From contig OZ243913.1 of the NCBI GenBank assembly GCA_965213705.1, positions 2,048,001 through 2,112,000 of the forward strand: a stretch of 64,000 nt of DNA, read 5' to 3'. The first letter of the stretch is position 1. Each line of letters begins with the position of its first letter. This document shows positions 38,799 through 48,598 of this stretch, piece by piece. The notes below the pieces were generated by a model, which had not been told where the DNA came from, ran no database searches, and saw only the letters and a program-made list of their open reading frames with translations. Made by a program: the position numbers and the translations under genes. The DNA comes from Trueperaceae bacterium (GTDB lineage: Bacteria; Deinococcota; Deinococci; Deinococcales; Trueperaceae).

Positions 38799-39587
38799 TC
38801 ACGCCCCGACCTCGACAATCTGAAATGCCGTCTCGCCGGTCTCGAGTTTAGTTTTGTAGACCTCGCTAAGCTCGCTGTCCGTAATAATCAGGTCGAGGGC
38901 GTCCAAACCCGCCACCCGCGCGAGCGCCCGTTGGCCGAACTTGCTCGAGTCGATGAGTGCGGTGCGCCGCGCCGCGCAGTTCAACATGGTGCGCTTGACT
39001 TCGGCCTCGTCAATGTCGGAGTCCATGAGCCCGCCGGGCAACTCCAAACCCTTGGCGCTGACAAAAGCGTGGTCTAGGCGCAAATCCTGTAAGGTTTGTA
39101 ACGCCAACGGTCCGACGAAGCTGCCCGCGACTTGCCGCAAGTAGCCGCCGGTCAGGATGACCTGCGCCGAACCCGCGCGGAGTTCCTGGGCGCTGTCCAA
39201 GCCGTTGGTCACCACCATGACCGGCCGCCGGGCGAGTTCTCGGGCCAGCGCGAGGCAGGTCGTCGAGGTGTCGAGCGCGACGGTGTCCCCGTCTTTGACG
39301 AGGCTGGCAGCGTAGCGCGCGAGCGCCGCTTTTTCAGCGGCGTGCTTGAGCATCCGGTCGTTGTAACTGCTCTCGAAGGCGGTCTGTTCCGTGGCGACCG
39401 CGCCGCCAAAGGTACGTGCCAAGTGGCCCGCGTCGGCGAGCGCTTCGAAGTCACGCCGAATCGTCATCTCGCTCACACCGAGCCGTTCTGCCAAGTCGAC
39501 GATGCGCAGCGTACCCTGGGTGTTGACCAGGTCCCGGATACGCTGTTGCCGCTCGGCGGGCAGCAAACGCGCTTCAGTAACGGGCAT
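38799..39587 (-). CDS. DeoR/GlpR family regulator
   Basis: ERQQRI, VSEMTIRRD, RTFGGA, LDTSTT, TNGL, DSSKF. Confidence 0.93.
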   Translation of the reverse strand: MPVTEARLLPAERQQRIRDLVNTQGTLRIVDLAERLGVSEMTIRRDFEALADAGHLARTFGGAVATEQTAFESSYNDRMLKHAAEKAALARYAASLVKDGDTVALDTSTTCLALARELARRPVMVVTNGLDSAQELRAGSAQVILTGGYLRQVAGSFVGPLALQTLQDLRLDHAFVSAKGLELPGGLMDSDIDEAEVKRTMLNCAARRTALIDSSKFGQRALARVAGLDALDLIITDSELSEVYKTKLETGETAFQIVEVGA

Positions 39588-39885
39588 CGAACCTCATTTC
39601 CTGTTGACCCAACGATTGATTGCAACCCTGTAGCAAGGAGTTTAACCGCTTTGAACAAGCTTTGTCAAGAAACCACACAAATTTGTTAACTTTTGTTAGT
39701 TTCCGTATGTTAAAGGGGTAATAGTCAGCTTGTGGATGACGTGGCCGTACACCACGGGGCCACCTATGTCTCAGAGCGTGCCCGTCCAAACAGGGGTGTG
39801 CTGCTTGGCCCCTAGTTTTGGCCCAACGATTGCAGGGCTGTGCGAACGGCGCGTACCAACCCGAGATTACGCGTCAGCCGACTTT

Positions 39886-41022
39886 TCACCCTTGCCAGGC
39901 CGTACCCCGGTCGTGCCGTCCGCGGTAAACCCCTTCCGGGCCGGCTCGCCAATGAGTGCCGTCCACACCTTGCGCTGCTCGAGCCCAGCCCCCGGCCAGC
40001 CGCTCTGTCACGTCCTCGTAGCTGCTTATGCCACTCACCGCGTCGAGCGCTTCGACGCTTCTAGCGCCGACCGCGTTGGCGACGGTGAGGCAGCGCTCGA
40101 GCCCCTCACCCCGCAACAGCGCCGCGACAAAACCCGCAACGGTGGCGTCGCCCGCGCCGGTCGTCCCCTTTACGTCGGCGCTGAAGACGGGCGACCACAG
40201 TTCGCGCTCCGACCAGGCGGCTAGGTTTTGAGGTTCGGCGCGACCGAGAGCGCGGGCTTTCAGGTCAGCCGTTCTCAGGTAAAGACCGTTCTCACCCATT
40301 TTGAGGCCGACGACGGATGTGCCAAGCTCGAGCAGCGCCTCGGCAACCGGGGCCAGCGCCGCCACGTCATTCGGCACCGCCCACCCCAACATAAAGCAGA
40401 CCTCTTCCAAGCTCGGCAGAAAAAAGTCGACGTGCGGCAGGACTGTTTGCAAAAATCCTCGCCAGTCAGCTCGGCCCGAGGCGGCTTGCGGGTCGGGCAT
40501 CGCCATGTCGAGCACGGTGGTGAGGCCTAGTTTTTTAACCTCGCGCAGCCGCTCGGCCAGTGCGACGCCGCCGTCCGTAAAGGTGCGCCACAGCAGTGGC
40601 GGATAGCCGAAATAAAACAAGTCGGCGTCCGCAATTTCGTCCAAAACGATGTCTTCCGCCCCGAAGCTGTCGTTGCAGCCCGCGTGGTGCAAAAAGAGGC
40701 GGTCGACGCCCGGCGGGTTCAGCACGACGGTGTAGGAGGTGTTCGCGGTGGCCGTGCGCTTCAAACCTTGCGCGGCCTGTGGACTGAGGGCGCTCAGCTG
40801 GGCGTGGACGATGTCGCCGAAAGCGTCCGCGCCGACTTTGCCCACGAGTTTGGCGTCCACGCCTAACTTGAGCAGCGCCCCACCGACGTTGGCAACGCCG
40901 CCGCCGCAGGCCAGCGTGGCCGCGCCCACGTTTATGAGGCGGCCGGGCTCGAGCCGCACCTCACTACTATAGAATTCGGGGATGATGTCGAGGCACAGGT
41001 GCCCCGCCACCACGGCTTTCAC
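39886..41022 (-). CDS. PfkB family carbohydrate kinase
   Basis: GHLCLD, GGGVAN, GKVGADAFG, TTGAGDA. Confidence 0.9.
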   Translation of the reverse strand: MKAVVAGHLCLDIIPEFYSSEVRLEPGRLINVGAATLACGGGVANVGGALLKLGVDAKLVGKVGADAFGDIVHAQLSALSPQAAQGLKRTATANTSYTVVLNPPGVDRLFLHHAGCNDSFGAEDIVLDEIADADLFYFGYPPLLWRTFTDGGVALAERLREVKKLGLTTVLDMAMPDPQAASGRADWRGFLQTVLPHVDFFLPSLEEVCFMLGWAVPNDVAALAPVAEALLELGTSVVGLKMGENGLYLRTADLKARALGRAEPQNLAAWSERELWSPVFSADVKGTTGAGDATVAGFVAALLRGEGLERCLTVANAVGARSVEALDAVSGISSYEDVTERLAGGWARAAQGVDGTHWRAGPEGVYRGRHDRGTAWQG

Positions 41023-42149
41023 GTGGTTCGCGCCCTTTGCGACTCGAGCGCCGCCGTAAAGACTTCGTGGCTCTGCGCCGCCTCCGCGGGCGTGACGCAG
41101 GTAAAAGGCTGTTTCATGCCGTCGCGGCCGTGCGCGACCTCGTCACAGAACGCCGCCCACATCTGCAAAATCGCGTCAGGAAAACCGAACTCGAAAATAC
41201 CGCCGGTGATGGTCGGGTAAGCGCTCTCGTAGCCGAGGTCTTGGTGTTGCCAGGCTTGCGCGCCGCCGCGGTACTCGAGCGTCTTCAGAGTTTTAGGATA
41301 CTTCGTCGAGTATTCCAGCGACGTTTCGGTGCCCGAAACCCGCAAAAACCAGGTGTTTGCCTCGCCCGGCGCGATGCGTTTGGTGTGGAGGAGGATGGGA
41401 AAGGTGGTGCCGTCGGCGGATACGTCCCCGGCAATCGTCGCGTTGTCCCAGGTCTCGCAGGGAACCGTTCCGCCCTTGCCATCGGGCCGCTCGAGGACGA
41501 TGTTCGAGAGCTGCGCGTACACGTTCTCAGGCTTCCAACCGAAGCGCAACGGGACGTGCAGCACGTGCATCCCGAGGTCGCCCATGCAGCCGTACGCGCC
41601 GTTGTAGGCAACCATCCGCTTCCAGTTAATGGGCTTGTCCTGGTTGAGGTCGCTGCTGTGCAAAAAGCCCGCCTCGACCTCGATGATGCGCCCGAAACGC
41701 CCCTCCCGAATCGCCTGGACGATTTTGAACGCCCCCGGATAAAACGGAAACTCCGACGAGCAACGCACGAGCACGTCGGGGTGCGCTGCAATCGCCTCGT
41801 TGATGCGCCGATTGGCTTCCAAGTCGATGCCAAAAGGCTTTTCGCCCAACAGGTGTTTGCCCGCTTCGATGATGTCGCAGTAAAGCTGCTCGTGCAAGTG
41901 GTGCGGCACCGCGCAGTAAACCGCGTCGACGTCGTCCCTTGCCAGCAGTTCGTGATAGTCGGTCGTCGCGGTGGTAACGCTCGGGACGTTTTTTTCGAAC
42001 CACGAAAGCGCTTCGGGGTTGCTGTCGCAGACCGCGGTGATAACCGGGCGCACGCCGATGTCTTCCAAGGCGAAAAAGCGCGCCGCCGCACTGGCGAACT
42101 CGCGGCCCATCAGCCCCAAACCGATGACGCCGAAGCGCAGGTCGCTCAC
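41019..42149 (-). CDS. Gfo/Idh/MocA oxidoreductase
   Basis: GVIGLGLMG, HLLGEKP, DLGMH. Confidence 0.9.
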   Translation of the reverse strand: MSDLRFGVIGLGLMGREFASAAARFFALEDIGVRPVITAVCDSNPEALSWFEKNVPSVTTATTDYHELLARDDVDAVYCAVPHHLHEQLYCDIIEAGKHLLGEKPFGIDLEANRRINEAIAAHPDVLVRCSSEFPFYPGAFKIVQAIREGRFGRIIEVEAGFLHSSDLNQDKPINWKRMVAYNGAYGCMGDLGMHVLHVPLRFGWKPENVYAQLSNIVLERPDGKGGTVPCETWDNATIAGDVSADGTTFPILLHTKRIAPGEANTWFLRVSGTETSLEYSTKYPKTLKTLEYRGGAQAWQHQDLGYESAYPTITGGIFEFGFPDAILQMWAAFCDEVAHGRDGMKQPFTCVTPAEAAQSHEVFTAALESQRARTT

Positions 42150-42982
42150 GCCTCACCCCGCAACAATTTCATTGCAGCCTCGGGTGTCGCGCCTTCGTGG
42201 ACGATTGCCATAAGCGCACCCGTCATGGCGGGTGGATTGTCGTGCTGGATGACGTTGCGGCCGTAGACGATGCCCTTCGCGCCCTGTTGCATGAGGGCAA
42301 AGGTGCGCTGCAAAATCTCCTCTTCGGACGCCTTGCCGCCGCCCCGCACCAGGACCGGCACGCGCCCGGCGACCTCGACGACCCGGTGATACTCCGTCAC
42401 GTCGGCGCAGGGGTCGGCCTTGACGACGTCGGCCCCGAGTTCGACCGCTTGGCGGACCAGCGGCAGGATTTTCTCCAGACTGCCGTCCACCATGTAACCG
42501 CCCTTGTCGTTGGCCTGCATCACCAGCGGCTCGACCATCAGCGGCATCCCGAAGTGTTCGGCCTGGGGTTTGAGGCGGCAGATGTTTTCGACGCATTGGG
42601 CGTGAACCTCGGGCTCGTCGGGCAGCAGGAACAGGTTGACGCACAAGCACGCCGCGTCGAGCCGGACCGCTTGCAGGGCGGCGTCTTGGATGATTTTGCT
42701 GAACAGGTAACGCGGTAACGCTTTGCCGTACACGTTAGCGACGTCGGTACGGAGCACGAGGGCGGGTTTGCTTTTGCCGGGCAAATGTTGTAGCAGAGAG
42801 GCTTGACCGACGCTGAGTTGCACCGCGTCGGGTCCGGCCTCGACGACGGCCTGCACCGCCCGCGACATGTCCTCGATGCCTTCCAAAAAGCCTGGCTCGC
42901 CGAAAAAGCCGTGGTCGATGGCGACGTCGAAACACTTGCCGTCCGTTCCGAACATGCGGTTGAGTCTGGCTGAAACGTTCAT
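42146..42982 (-). CDS. Class I (DhnA/LsrF-type) aldolase
   Basis: GGAGG RBS; AIDHG, ELGADVVK, VRGGG, YGRNVIQ. Confidence 0.9.
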   Translation of the reverse strand: MNVSARLNRMFGTDGKCFDVAIDHGFFGEPGFLEGIEDMSRAVQAVVEAGPDAVQLSVGQASLLQHLPGKSKPALVLRTDVANVYGKALPRYLFSKIIQDAALQAVRLDAACLCVNLFLLPDEPEVHAQCVENICRLKPQAEHFGMPLMVEPLVMQANDKGGYMVDGSLEKILPLVRQAVELGADVVKADPCADVTEYHRVVEVAGRVPVLVRGGGKASEEEILQRTFALMQQGAKGIVYGRNVIQHDNPPAMTGALMAIVHEGATPEAAMKLLRGEA

Positions 42983-43059
42983 CTTCCTCCAAAACGGGCC
43001 GTACCGTGTGGACGTTTGCGCGGTCCGTGGGCCTTGGCGGCGCGGGTTGCTTTTCTTTT

Positions 43060-43863
43060 CTAAGGCGAGTCTAACTTGATAAGCGCCCAGTGGCTGCCCC
43101 GCTGCAGGCCGTCGCGGCGGTGCGAGTAAAAACGCGTGGCGTCGCAGTGGGTGCAGGCCGCCAGGTCGAAGATGTTGGCGGCCGGCACGCCCGCCTGGGT
43201 GAGCGCGTAACGGTTCGCCGCCCCGATGTCCAGGCGGTAGCGCGCGGCGGCGTCGGGAGCGGCGTCGGGAGCGGCGTCGGGCGGGGCGTCGGGAGTAAAA
43301 ACAGTTTCGGGAAAGCCTTGCTCGTCGAACAGCGCCTTGACCTCCGGCCCCACCTGGTAGCACGGTCCCGCGATGCTCGGCCCGAAGGCCACGCGCAGGT
43401 CTACGGGGCTCGAGCCGTACTGTTCGGTCAACGCAGTGACGACGTTGCGGGCGACGCCCTGCACCGTGCCGCGCCAGCCCGCGTGGGCCGCGGCGACGAC
43501 GCGCCGCACCGGGTCGTGAAAAAGGAGCGGCGCGCAGTCGGCCACGCTTGTCACGAGGAGCAAACCGGGGTCGTCGGTGACGGCGGCGTCCGCCTCTCGT
43601 TCGAACCAGCCCGGCTCGGCCGTCACGACGCGCGCCCCGTGAACTTGCTGCAGCGCGCACACCTGCGACCTTGGCACGCCGAAGTGCGCCAGCACGCGCT
43701 CCCGGTTTTGCGCCACCCGCTCGGGACTGTCGCCCGTGCTGAGGCCCAAGTTGAGGCTGGCGTAGTGTCCCGCGCTCACGCCGCCCGCCTTGGTGGTGAA
43801 ACCGTGCGGCACGGCCAGGTTGGGCGCGGTGAGGGGCTCGAGCACGTTCATCCGGTCGGGCAC
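43060..43863 (-). CDS. pgeF: Peptidoglycan editing factor PgeF (YfiH)
   Basis: HGFTT, SLNLG, QVHG, ADC, AHAGWRG, GPSI, FYSHRR. Confidence 0.9.
   Translation of the reverse strand: MPDRMNVLEPLTAPNLAVPHGFTTKAGGVSAGHYASLNLGLSTGDSPERVAQNRERVLAHFGVPRSQVCALQQVHGARVVTAEPGWFEREADAAVTDDPGLLLVTSVADCAPLLFHDPVRRVVAAAHAGWRGTVQGVARNVVTALTEQYGSSPVDLRVAFGPSIAGPCYQVGPEVKALFDEQGFPETVFTPDAPPDAAPDAAPDAAARYRLDIGAANRYALTQAGVPAANIFDLAACTHCDATRFYSHRRDGLQRGSHWALIKLDSP
43247..43294 (-). repeat. 4 x 12-bp in-frame repeat (PDAx)
   Basis: gcggcgtcggga units. Confidence 0.85.
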
Positions 43864-44091
43864 GTTGTTTCGCCTGCCCGAATCGCCACCGCCAGACGGT
43901 TCTCGGCGGGCGGCAAGGGGCAGCGGTAGCGCCCTGAACGGGCGCAGGCCGGCGCGGCATAGCCGGGTCTGACGTAGGTTCTGACACGGGTTCTGAAGTA
44001 GAGTCTGCGTTGACGAAAAAGGTTCATACGCTCAATTTAACCTCGCGAGTAGCGGTTAAGGGTTTGTGGTTTTTCTGTAAACCTCGACCCC

Positions 44092-45099
44092 TCAGTAGTT
44101 TCGTTCCTTCACGCGCAAACCGGGCAAGTTCAGCAGCCACTCGGTCACGCCGTGAACCGCGCCGCGTACCGGTTTGGTGATGATGGGGTCGCCGAAGCTC
44201 TCCAAGCGCACGATGAGTTCGTCGCCCTCGCGGCGTTTGACCACGACGAGAAGTTGTTGCTTCAAGTCGGGCTCGTCGACGGTTGCCCGCACGAGCCACT
44301 TTTCGCCCGGAGAGTCGTCGCCGCCCAAACTGCGCGCGACTTCGTGCAGGATGACGTGGCCGCCGCCGTAGGGCAGCACCTGTTTTTCAAAGTGGACGTC
44401 CCGCGGCAAAGAGCCTTCGAGGAGGGCGTGCGGCATTGTGACCGGCCTTTCTAAGATAGAGAACTCGGGTGTCTTTGCGCCGTTGTAAGTAAATACCCGG
44501 TAGTACAGCGGTTTGCCCTGACTTTTCCACTTGAGGGCGTACTTCGTTTCGAACACGGCGGCGGGCGGCTCGGCCTCGTGGGACGTAAACAAACTCGAAG
44601 CTTCGGCCTCTTGCACGGCGAAGGCCAGGTAGTCCGGGTGGTCGGTCGCGAGCTTTACCGTTCCCCCGGGTAAAAGCCGGCTCGCCGCCAGCTCGAAAAA
44701 AGAGCGTTGCAACAGGCGGTTTTTAGTGTGCCGCTCTTTGGGCCAGGGGTCCGGAAAGTTGACGGTGACGGAACTCAGGCTGTGCGGGGCGAACAAGTTC
44801 CTAACCGCGAAGTTCGCGCCGACTTTGAGCAGCGCGACGTTGGTCACGCCCGCGCGCCTGACCTTCGCCACCGCCCGCTGGACGCTGGCGCTGGAAATTT
44901 CCAGGCCGACAAAGCCTGAGCCGGGCTCCTCTACCGCGCGGCGCACCGTGTAACGCCCGTCGCCGAAGCCGATTTCCAGGTGAAGGGGCGCGTTCCCAAA
45001 GACCCCCGGCCAAGCGATGGGAAACGCCGCACGACGCCACGGCAGCAGCGAAGGCGCGCGCGCCGGATTGCTCGAAACCTCGTCCCGGAGCTGACTCAT
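44092..45099 (-). CDS. trmB: tRNA (guanine-N7)-methyltransferase with C-terminal extension
   Basis: LEIGFGDG, NFPDPWPKERH, LATD, TKY. Confidence 0.92.
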   Translation of the reverse strand: MSQLRDEVSSNPARAPSLLPWRRAAFPIAWPGVFGNAPLHLEIGFGDGRYTVRRAVEEPGSGFVGLEISSASVQRAVAKVRRAGVTNVALLKVGANFAVRNLFAPHSLSSVTVNFPDPWPKERHTKNRLLQRSFFELAASRLLPGGTVKLATDHPDYLAFAVQEAEASSLFTSHEAEPPAAVFETKYALKWKSQGKPLYYRVFTYNGAKTPEFSILERPVTMPHALLEGSLPRDVHFEKQVLPYGGGHVILHEVARSLGGDDSPGEKWLVRATVDEPDLKQQLLVVVKRREGDELIVRLESFGDPIITKPVRGAVHGVTEWLLNLPGLRVKERNY

Positions 45100-45725
45100 A
45101 AGGCCCCCCAAGGCTTGACGAGGAGCGTCGCGTTGACGGCCAGGCTCGAGCCGAACAGCGTTTCGCGTGAAACCAGCAAGTAAGGCCCGGCCCCGGCGAC
45201 GGCCTGCACCTTAAAGACGTCGACGTGTCCGTCCGCACGGCGGCAAGCGACCTGGGCGGGCGCGTAGCCGAGCGCGCGCTCCCAGCTGGTGTAGATGTTT
45301 GTGTCCAAACCTACGACACCGGCGGGTAGACGCTCGCGGCTGAACTGCGTCACGAGCCGAGCGGTGCGCGGCTTGACCCCGGAACCCTCCGCCCCCACCG
45401 CTTTAAAGTCCGCGGCGCTGTGCCGAGTTTCGTCAAAACGCCGCGTCGCCTCGAACAACAAGTTTTCGGTCGATATCGTCACGGACACCTGCGGCGCGGT
45501 CTGCCCCACGTAAAACTCGAAGCTGCCGCGCTCGTCGGCGAACAGCGCGTAGACGGCCGCCTCGCCGACCTCTTCCCCAAAGTCCGCGTGAACCACACGG
45601 CCCTTGTCGAAAAAAATACGCGCGTTGCCCTCGGGATGGGCGATGTTCAGGCGGCCGCTGCGCGCCGACGCGGCCAAAAGCTGAAACAGGTCGACCAACG
45701 AAAACAAGCCAAGTGTCCCGGTCAC
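45096..45725 (-). CDS. DUF4388 domain protein
   Basis: G.L..FSLVDLFQLL...RSGRL, FFDKGRVVHA, GSFEF. Confidence 0.8.
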   Translation of the reverse strand: MTGTLGLFSLVDLFQLLAASARSGRLNIAHPEGNARIFFDKGRVVHADFGEEVGEAAVYALFADERGSFEFYVGQTAPQVSVTISTENLLFEATRRFDETRHSAADFKAVGAEGSGVKPRTARLVTQFSRERLPAGVVGLDTNIYTSWERALGYAPAQVACRRADGHVDVFKVQAVAGAGPYLLVSRETLFGSSLAVNATLLVKPWGAL

Positions 45726-45874
45726 AGCCCTAAGTTTAACGGCAAAAGCCCGGAGCCGTCGTTGCGGGGTTGAACAGAACCGAAAGGGCGTCGGGAGTCG
45801 ACCCAGCTGTTGGGTCGAAAAGACCGAATTGAAAGGGCTGGGTGGGCAAGCCACGCAAAAGGAACCACGCGACA

Positions 45875-45945
45875 AGGCCTGCGCAAAAGAGGCTGCACAA
45901 GAGAGGCTGCACAAGAGAGGCGGCGTGAAAGAGGTTGCGCGGAAC
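45875..45945. repeat. About 14-bp tandem repeat, intergenic
   Basis: aggctgcacaagag twice, plus degenerate flanking copies. Confidence 0.7.
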
Positions 45946-46007
45946 GCGCCGTAGCGTGACGCTTTCGCCCGAACCGTCGGGTTGCCGCACGTTTTACTGT
46001 GGAGGCA

Positions 46008-47009
46008 TTATTGTGGAGGCTCGAGCGCGACCGTCGCGCGCACGAAGGTCTCGCGGTCCGGCGTCTCTGCGAGGGCCAGCAAGCCCGGATAACCGTCAAG
46101 TGCGGCTTCTGGCGCGAAGCGGCGGTTGGCGACGAGGCTCGAGCGCCCCCGCGCCGAGAGGTCCCACAGGTCGCCGACGAGCATCGGGTTGACGCCGTAG
46201 CGCAAGTTCAGCCGGTCTTGAAGACCGGCGCGCAACCCGTGGCGCAGCCACGCCTCGCCCTCGCTCAGCGCGGGGTCGCCCGGCCAGGGCCGCTCCCAAG
46301 GGGCGTGGTTGGCGCTCGGCTGGACGACGACGTGCGCGCCTGAGCCGTCGAGCTTGTCTATCACCGAACTGTAAAACCCGTCCAGACAGAGCGCCACGCC
46401 GACCCTGCCGACCGGTGTTTCTATAGCGTGGAGGTCGCCGAGCCGCCCCCGCGCCAAGCCCGAACCCGTTTCCGCGCCGGGGTTGAGGTAAACCTTGTGC
46501 GTCCGGCCCAACACCGTGCCCGTTGGACCAAAGGTGAAAGCGGTGTTGTGAACCTGCTTGTCGGCGACGTGAAGCCCGCGTTTGACTTCGTTTTCAAGGT
46601 GCGGCAAAAAGCTCGAGCCCGCAACGACGGTGACTTGGTGCGTCCGCGCCGCCTCGGCAAAGGCGTCGTGATAGGCGCGGTAGGCGGGCACTGCGCGCCA
46701 CAGGTACAGCGTCTTGAGGCTCAAGGTGTGGTTGCGCCAAGCAGCGCTCAACACCTCGCGCGGGCGGGCTCGAGCCAGCGCGAACGCGGCCCCGAACACG
46801 CCGGTTGCGTCTTTCGTCGTCGAGTAAGCGTCCAAACCGAGCAGCAGCGGAAAACCGATCATTTCGGGGAACGCTACCAGTGTCGGCACTTCCGGCAAGC
46901 CCGCGACGGCCTCTTCGGTAAGGGTCAAGATTTTCTGCCGAAAGGTCTCGGCACTTTGGTAGTGCTCCAAGTACATTTCGGCCTGCACCGCGACGAGGTT
47001 GATAGCCAA
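46008..47009 (-). CDS. Carbon-nitrogen hydrolase (nitrilase family)
   Basis: E-K-C triad contexts FPEM, HKVYL, LCLDG. Confidence 0.85.
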   Translation of the reverse strand: MAINLVAVQAEMYLEHYQSAETFRQKILTLTEEAVAGLPEVPTLVAFPEMIGFPLLLGLDAYSTTKDATGVFGAAFALARARPREVLSAAWRNHTLSLKTLYLWRAVPAYRAYHDAFAEAARTHQVTVVAGSSFLPHLENEVKRGLHVADKQVHNTAFTFGPTGTVLGRTHKVYLNPGAETGSGLARGRLGDLHAIETPVGRVGVALCLDGFYSSVIDKLDGSGAHVVVQPSANHAPWERPWPGDPALSEGEAWLRHGLRAGLQDRLNLRYGVNPMLVGDLWDLSARGRSSLVANRRFAPEAALDGYPGLLALAETPDRETFVRATVALEPPQ

Positions 47010-47083
47010 TTTACCGCCGCCCCTCCGCAGACACGCTGCGCACTAAAAACATCGCTTCGGCGTCAGCTGCGGTTGAGAATATT

Positions 47084-47209
47084 ATACGGATTTCGGTAGT
47101 ACAGTTCGTAAACCTTAGAAGAGTTGTTCGCTTCTTTGTCGCTAGTCCGTATTCTTTTCTTCTCGCTCTGCTCGCGTTTAATTCCAAGGGAATTAAACGC
47201 AAAGGGTAT
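47084..47209. repeat. Dispersed repeat family B (Deinococcus SNR/MITE-like), best-preserved copy
   Basis: ATAC...GTAT termini; perfect hairpin GCGTTTAATTCC-AAG-GGAATTAAACGC; TCGCTCTGCTCG core. Confidence 0.8.
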
Positions 47210-47215
47210 TACCTT

Positions 47216-47581
47216 TCAGCTTATAGGCAAGTTCCGAAGTCTGACACGTTTGTCCTCTATTACGAGAATTGCGCCCGTCACTAGGTCTTCTCGGGCGGCG
47301 TGAAGCGCTTTGAGCAACCTCGGCCCGACCGTTCCAACTCGCAAGGAGGTGGTGCGTAACAGTATGACGCTGGGCTTGCCCTGACGACTGTAGGCCAACA
47401 AAGTGCCGAAGTCTTGGTCGTGCGTGAGGACGACGTAATCTTCGCGCTCGGCATAACGCATGATGGTAGGGTCCGGCGCGTCGACCGCGCCTACCTCCGA
47501 CCAGCGTATCGCCTCGAGCCCGTCAGAGGTCAGCAGTGTGACCCAGCGCGGTGACAAGTTCACATCGACGAGCAGCTTCAC
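47216..47581 (-). CDS. DUF5615 PIN-like toxin
   Basis: KLLVDVNLS, APD..I, VLTHDQDFG, PSVILLR. Confidence 0.85.
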   Translation of the reverse strand: MKLLVDVNLSPRWVTLLTSDGLEAIRWSEVGAVDAPDPTIMRYAEREDYVVLTHDQDFGTLLAYSRQGKPSVILLRTTSLRVGTVGPRLLKALHAAREDLVTGAILVIEDKRVRLRNLPIS

Positions 47582-47594
47582 GCCTCGCACTTAG

Positions 47595-47816
47595 TCACGC
47601 CACGTAAATGTCGCGCTCCTCAGCGAGGTAAGCAGCGTAAACCAAAGCCGCCTCGACGTCTTCGGCCTCGAGTTCCGGGTAATCGCTGACAATCTCGGTG
47701 GGACTATGGTCGCGCAGCAAAGTCAGGACCGTGCTCACGGTGATTCTTAGCCCCCGAATGCACGCCTTTCCGCCCATCACGAGCGGGTCGAAAGTAATGC
47801 GTTTCAAAAGCTCCAT
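47595..47816 (-). CDS. DUF433 protein (antitoxin)
   Basis: RITFDP.VMGGKACIRGLRITV, DYPELEAEDV.AAL.YAA. Confidence 0.92.
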   Translation of the reverse strand: MELLKRITFDPLVMGGKACIRGLRITVSTVLTLLRDHSPTEIVSDYPELEAEDVEAALVYAAYLAEERDIYVA

Positions 47817-47865
47817 AACCTCATCTTAGCAGGCGTCGGGGTATTCGAGTCACGTTCCGGTACGT

Positions 47866-48408
47866 TCACCTGCCGCGCGAGACGTGCCGGCTGGCGGCGT
47901 CGAAAAAGCGCAGCGGCGCGTCTTTCCAGGTTTCTGCGTAGTCCACGCCGACGCGCGGCGTCACGGTGACGGTTTGGGGCGCGGGGCCGCGCTCGAGCCA
48001 CAACTCCGGCCCGAACAGCTCCGCGCCGTTCAGCGCGCGCGTAATACCCAGGGTTTTGGTCAGTCGGCCGGGGCCGTCGGTGCGGCCTTCAACGGCGCTC
48101 ACGGGCTCGACCGCGCGAATCAGCACCGCTTGCGCCTCGTTTTCCTTACCCGTCACCACGTTGAGCAGGTCATACATGCCGTAAATAAGGTAGATGTAGG
48201 CGTGCCCGGCGGGGCCGAACATCGTTTCGGTTCGTTTGGTGTGGCCCTTGGCGGCGTGACAGGCGAGGTCGTGCTCGCCGACGTAGGCCTCGGTCTCGAC
48301 GACGCGCGTGCGCTTGAGCGTGTTTTCCGTCTTGACCAGCAAGTAGCAGCCGAGCAGGTCGCGGGCTACGGTTTCGGCGTCTCGAGCGTAAAAGTCCCGT
48401 TTCAGCAC
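47866..48408 (-). CDS. mpg: DNA-3-methyladenine glycosylase
   Basis: VARDLLG, VETEAY, YIYLIYGMY, AVLIRA, GPGRL, RVGV. Confidence 0.93.
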   Translation of the reverse strand: MLKRDFYARDAETVARDLLGCYLLVKTENTLKRTRVVETEAYVGEHDLACHAAKGHTKRTETMFGPAGHAYIYLIYGMYDLLNVVTGKENEAQAVLIRAVEPVSAVEGRTDGPGRLTKTLGITRALNGAELFGPELWLERGPAPQTVTVTPRVGVDYAETWKDAPLRFFDAASRHVSRGR

Positions 48409-48598
48409 CTGTTTTTTACTCCTTTGCAACTCGGCGCGCTCGGGCCGAAGCTCGTGTTCGCGGCTCGAGACGCGCCACCGAACCCGACGCCCCTTCTCGC
48501 CGGTTGCCCGTGGTAACCGCCGTCTCGCCGAACTCGGCTTTCGACACGCGTCCAGTTTAAACCGTCTCCCGTCATGTAGGCGCGTTAGACTGTGGTTC

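Noticed and set aside
42146..43987. 613-aa ORF from the track as a fusion protein
   Set aside because: The N-terminal part is an alternate frame of pgeF; the aldolase starts at 42982 with its own RBS.
43965..44012. 12-bp GGTTCTGAC-like tandem units (also TAGTCACCTACAG repeats at about 51957-52006)
   Set aside because: Degenerate simple repeats with no supportable function.
45875..45945. CRISPR-like array
   Set aside because: Short contiguous units with no unique spacers and no cas genes.
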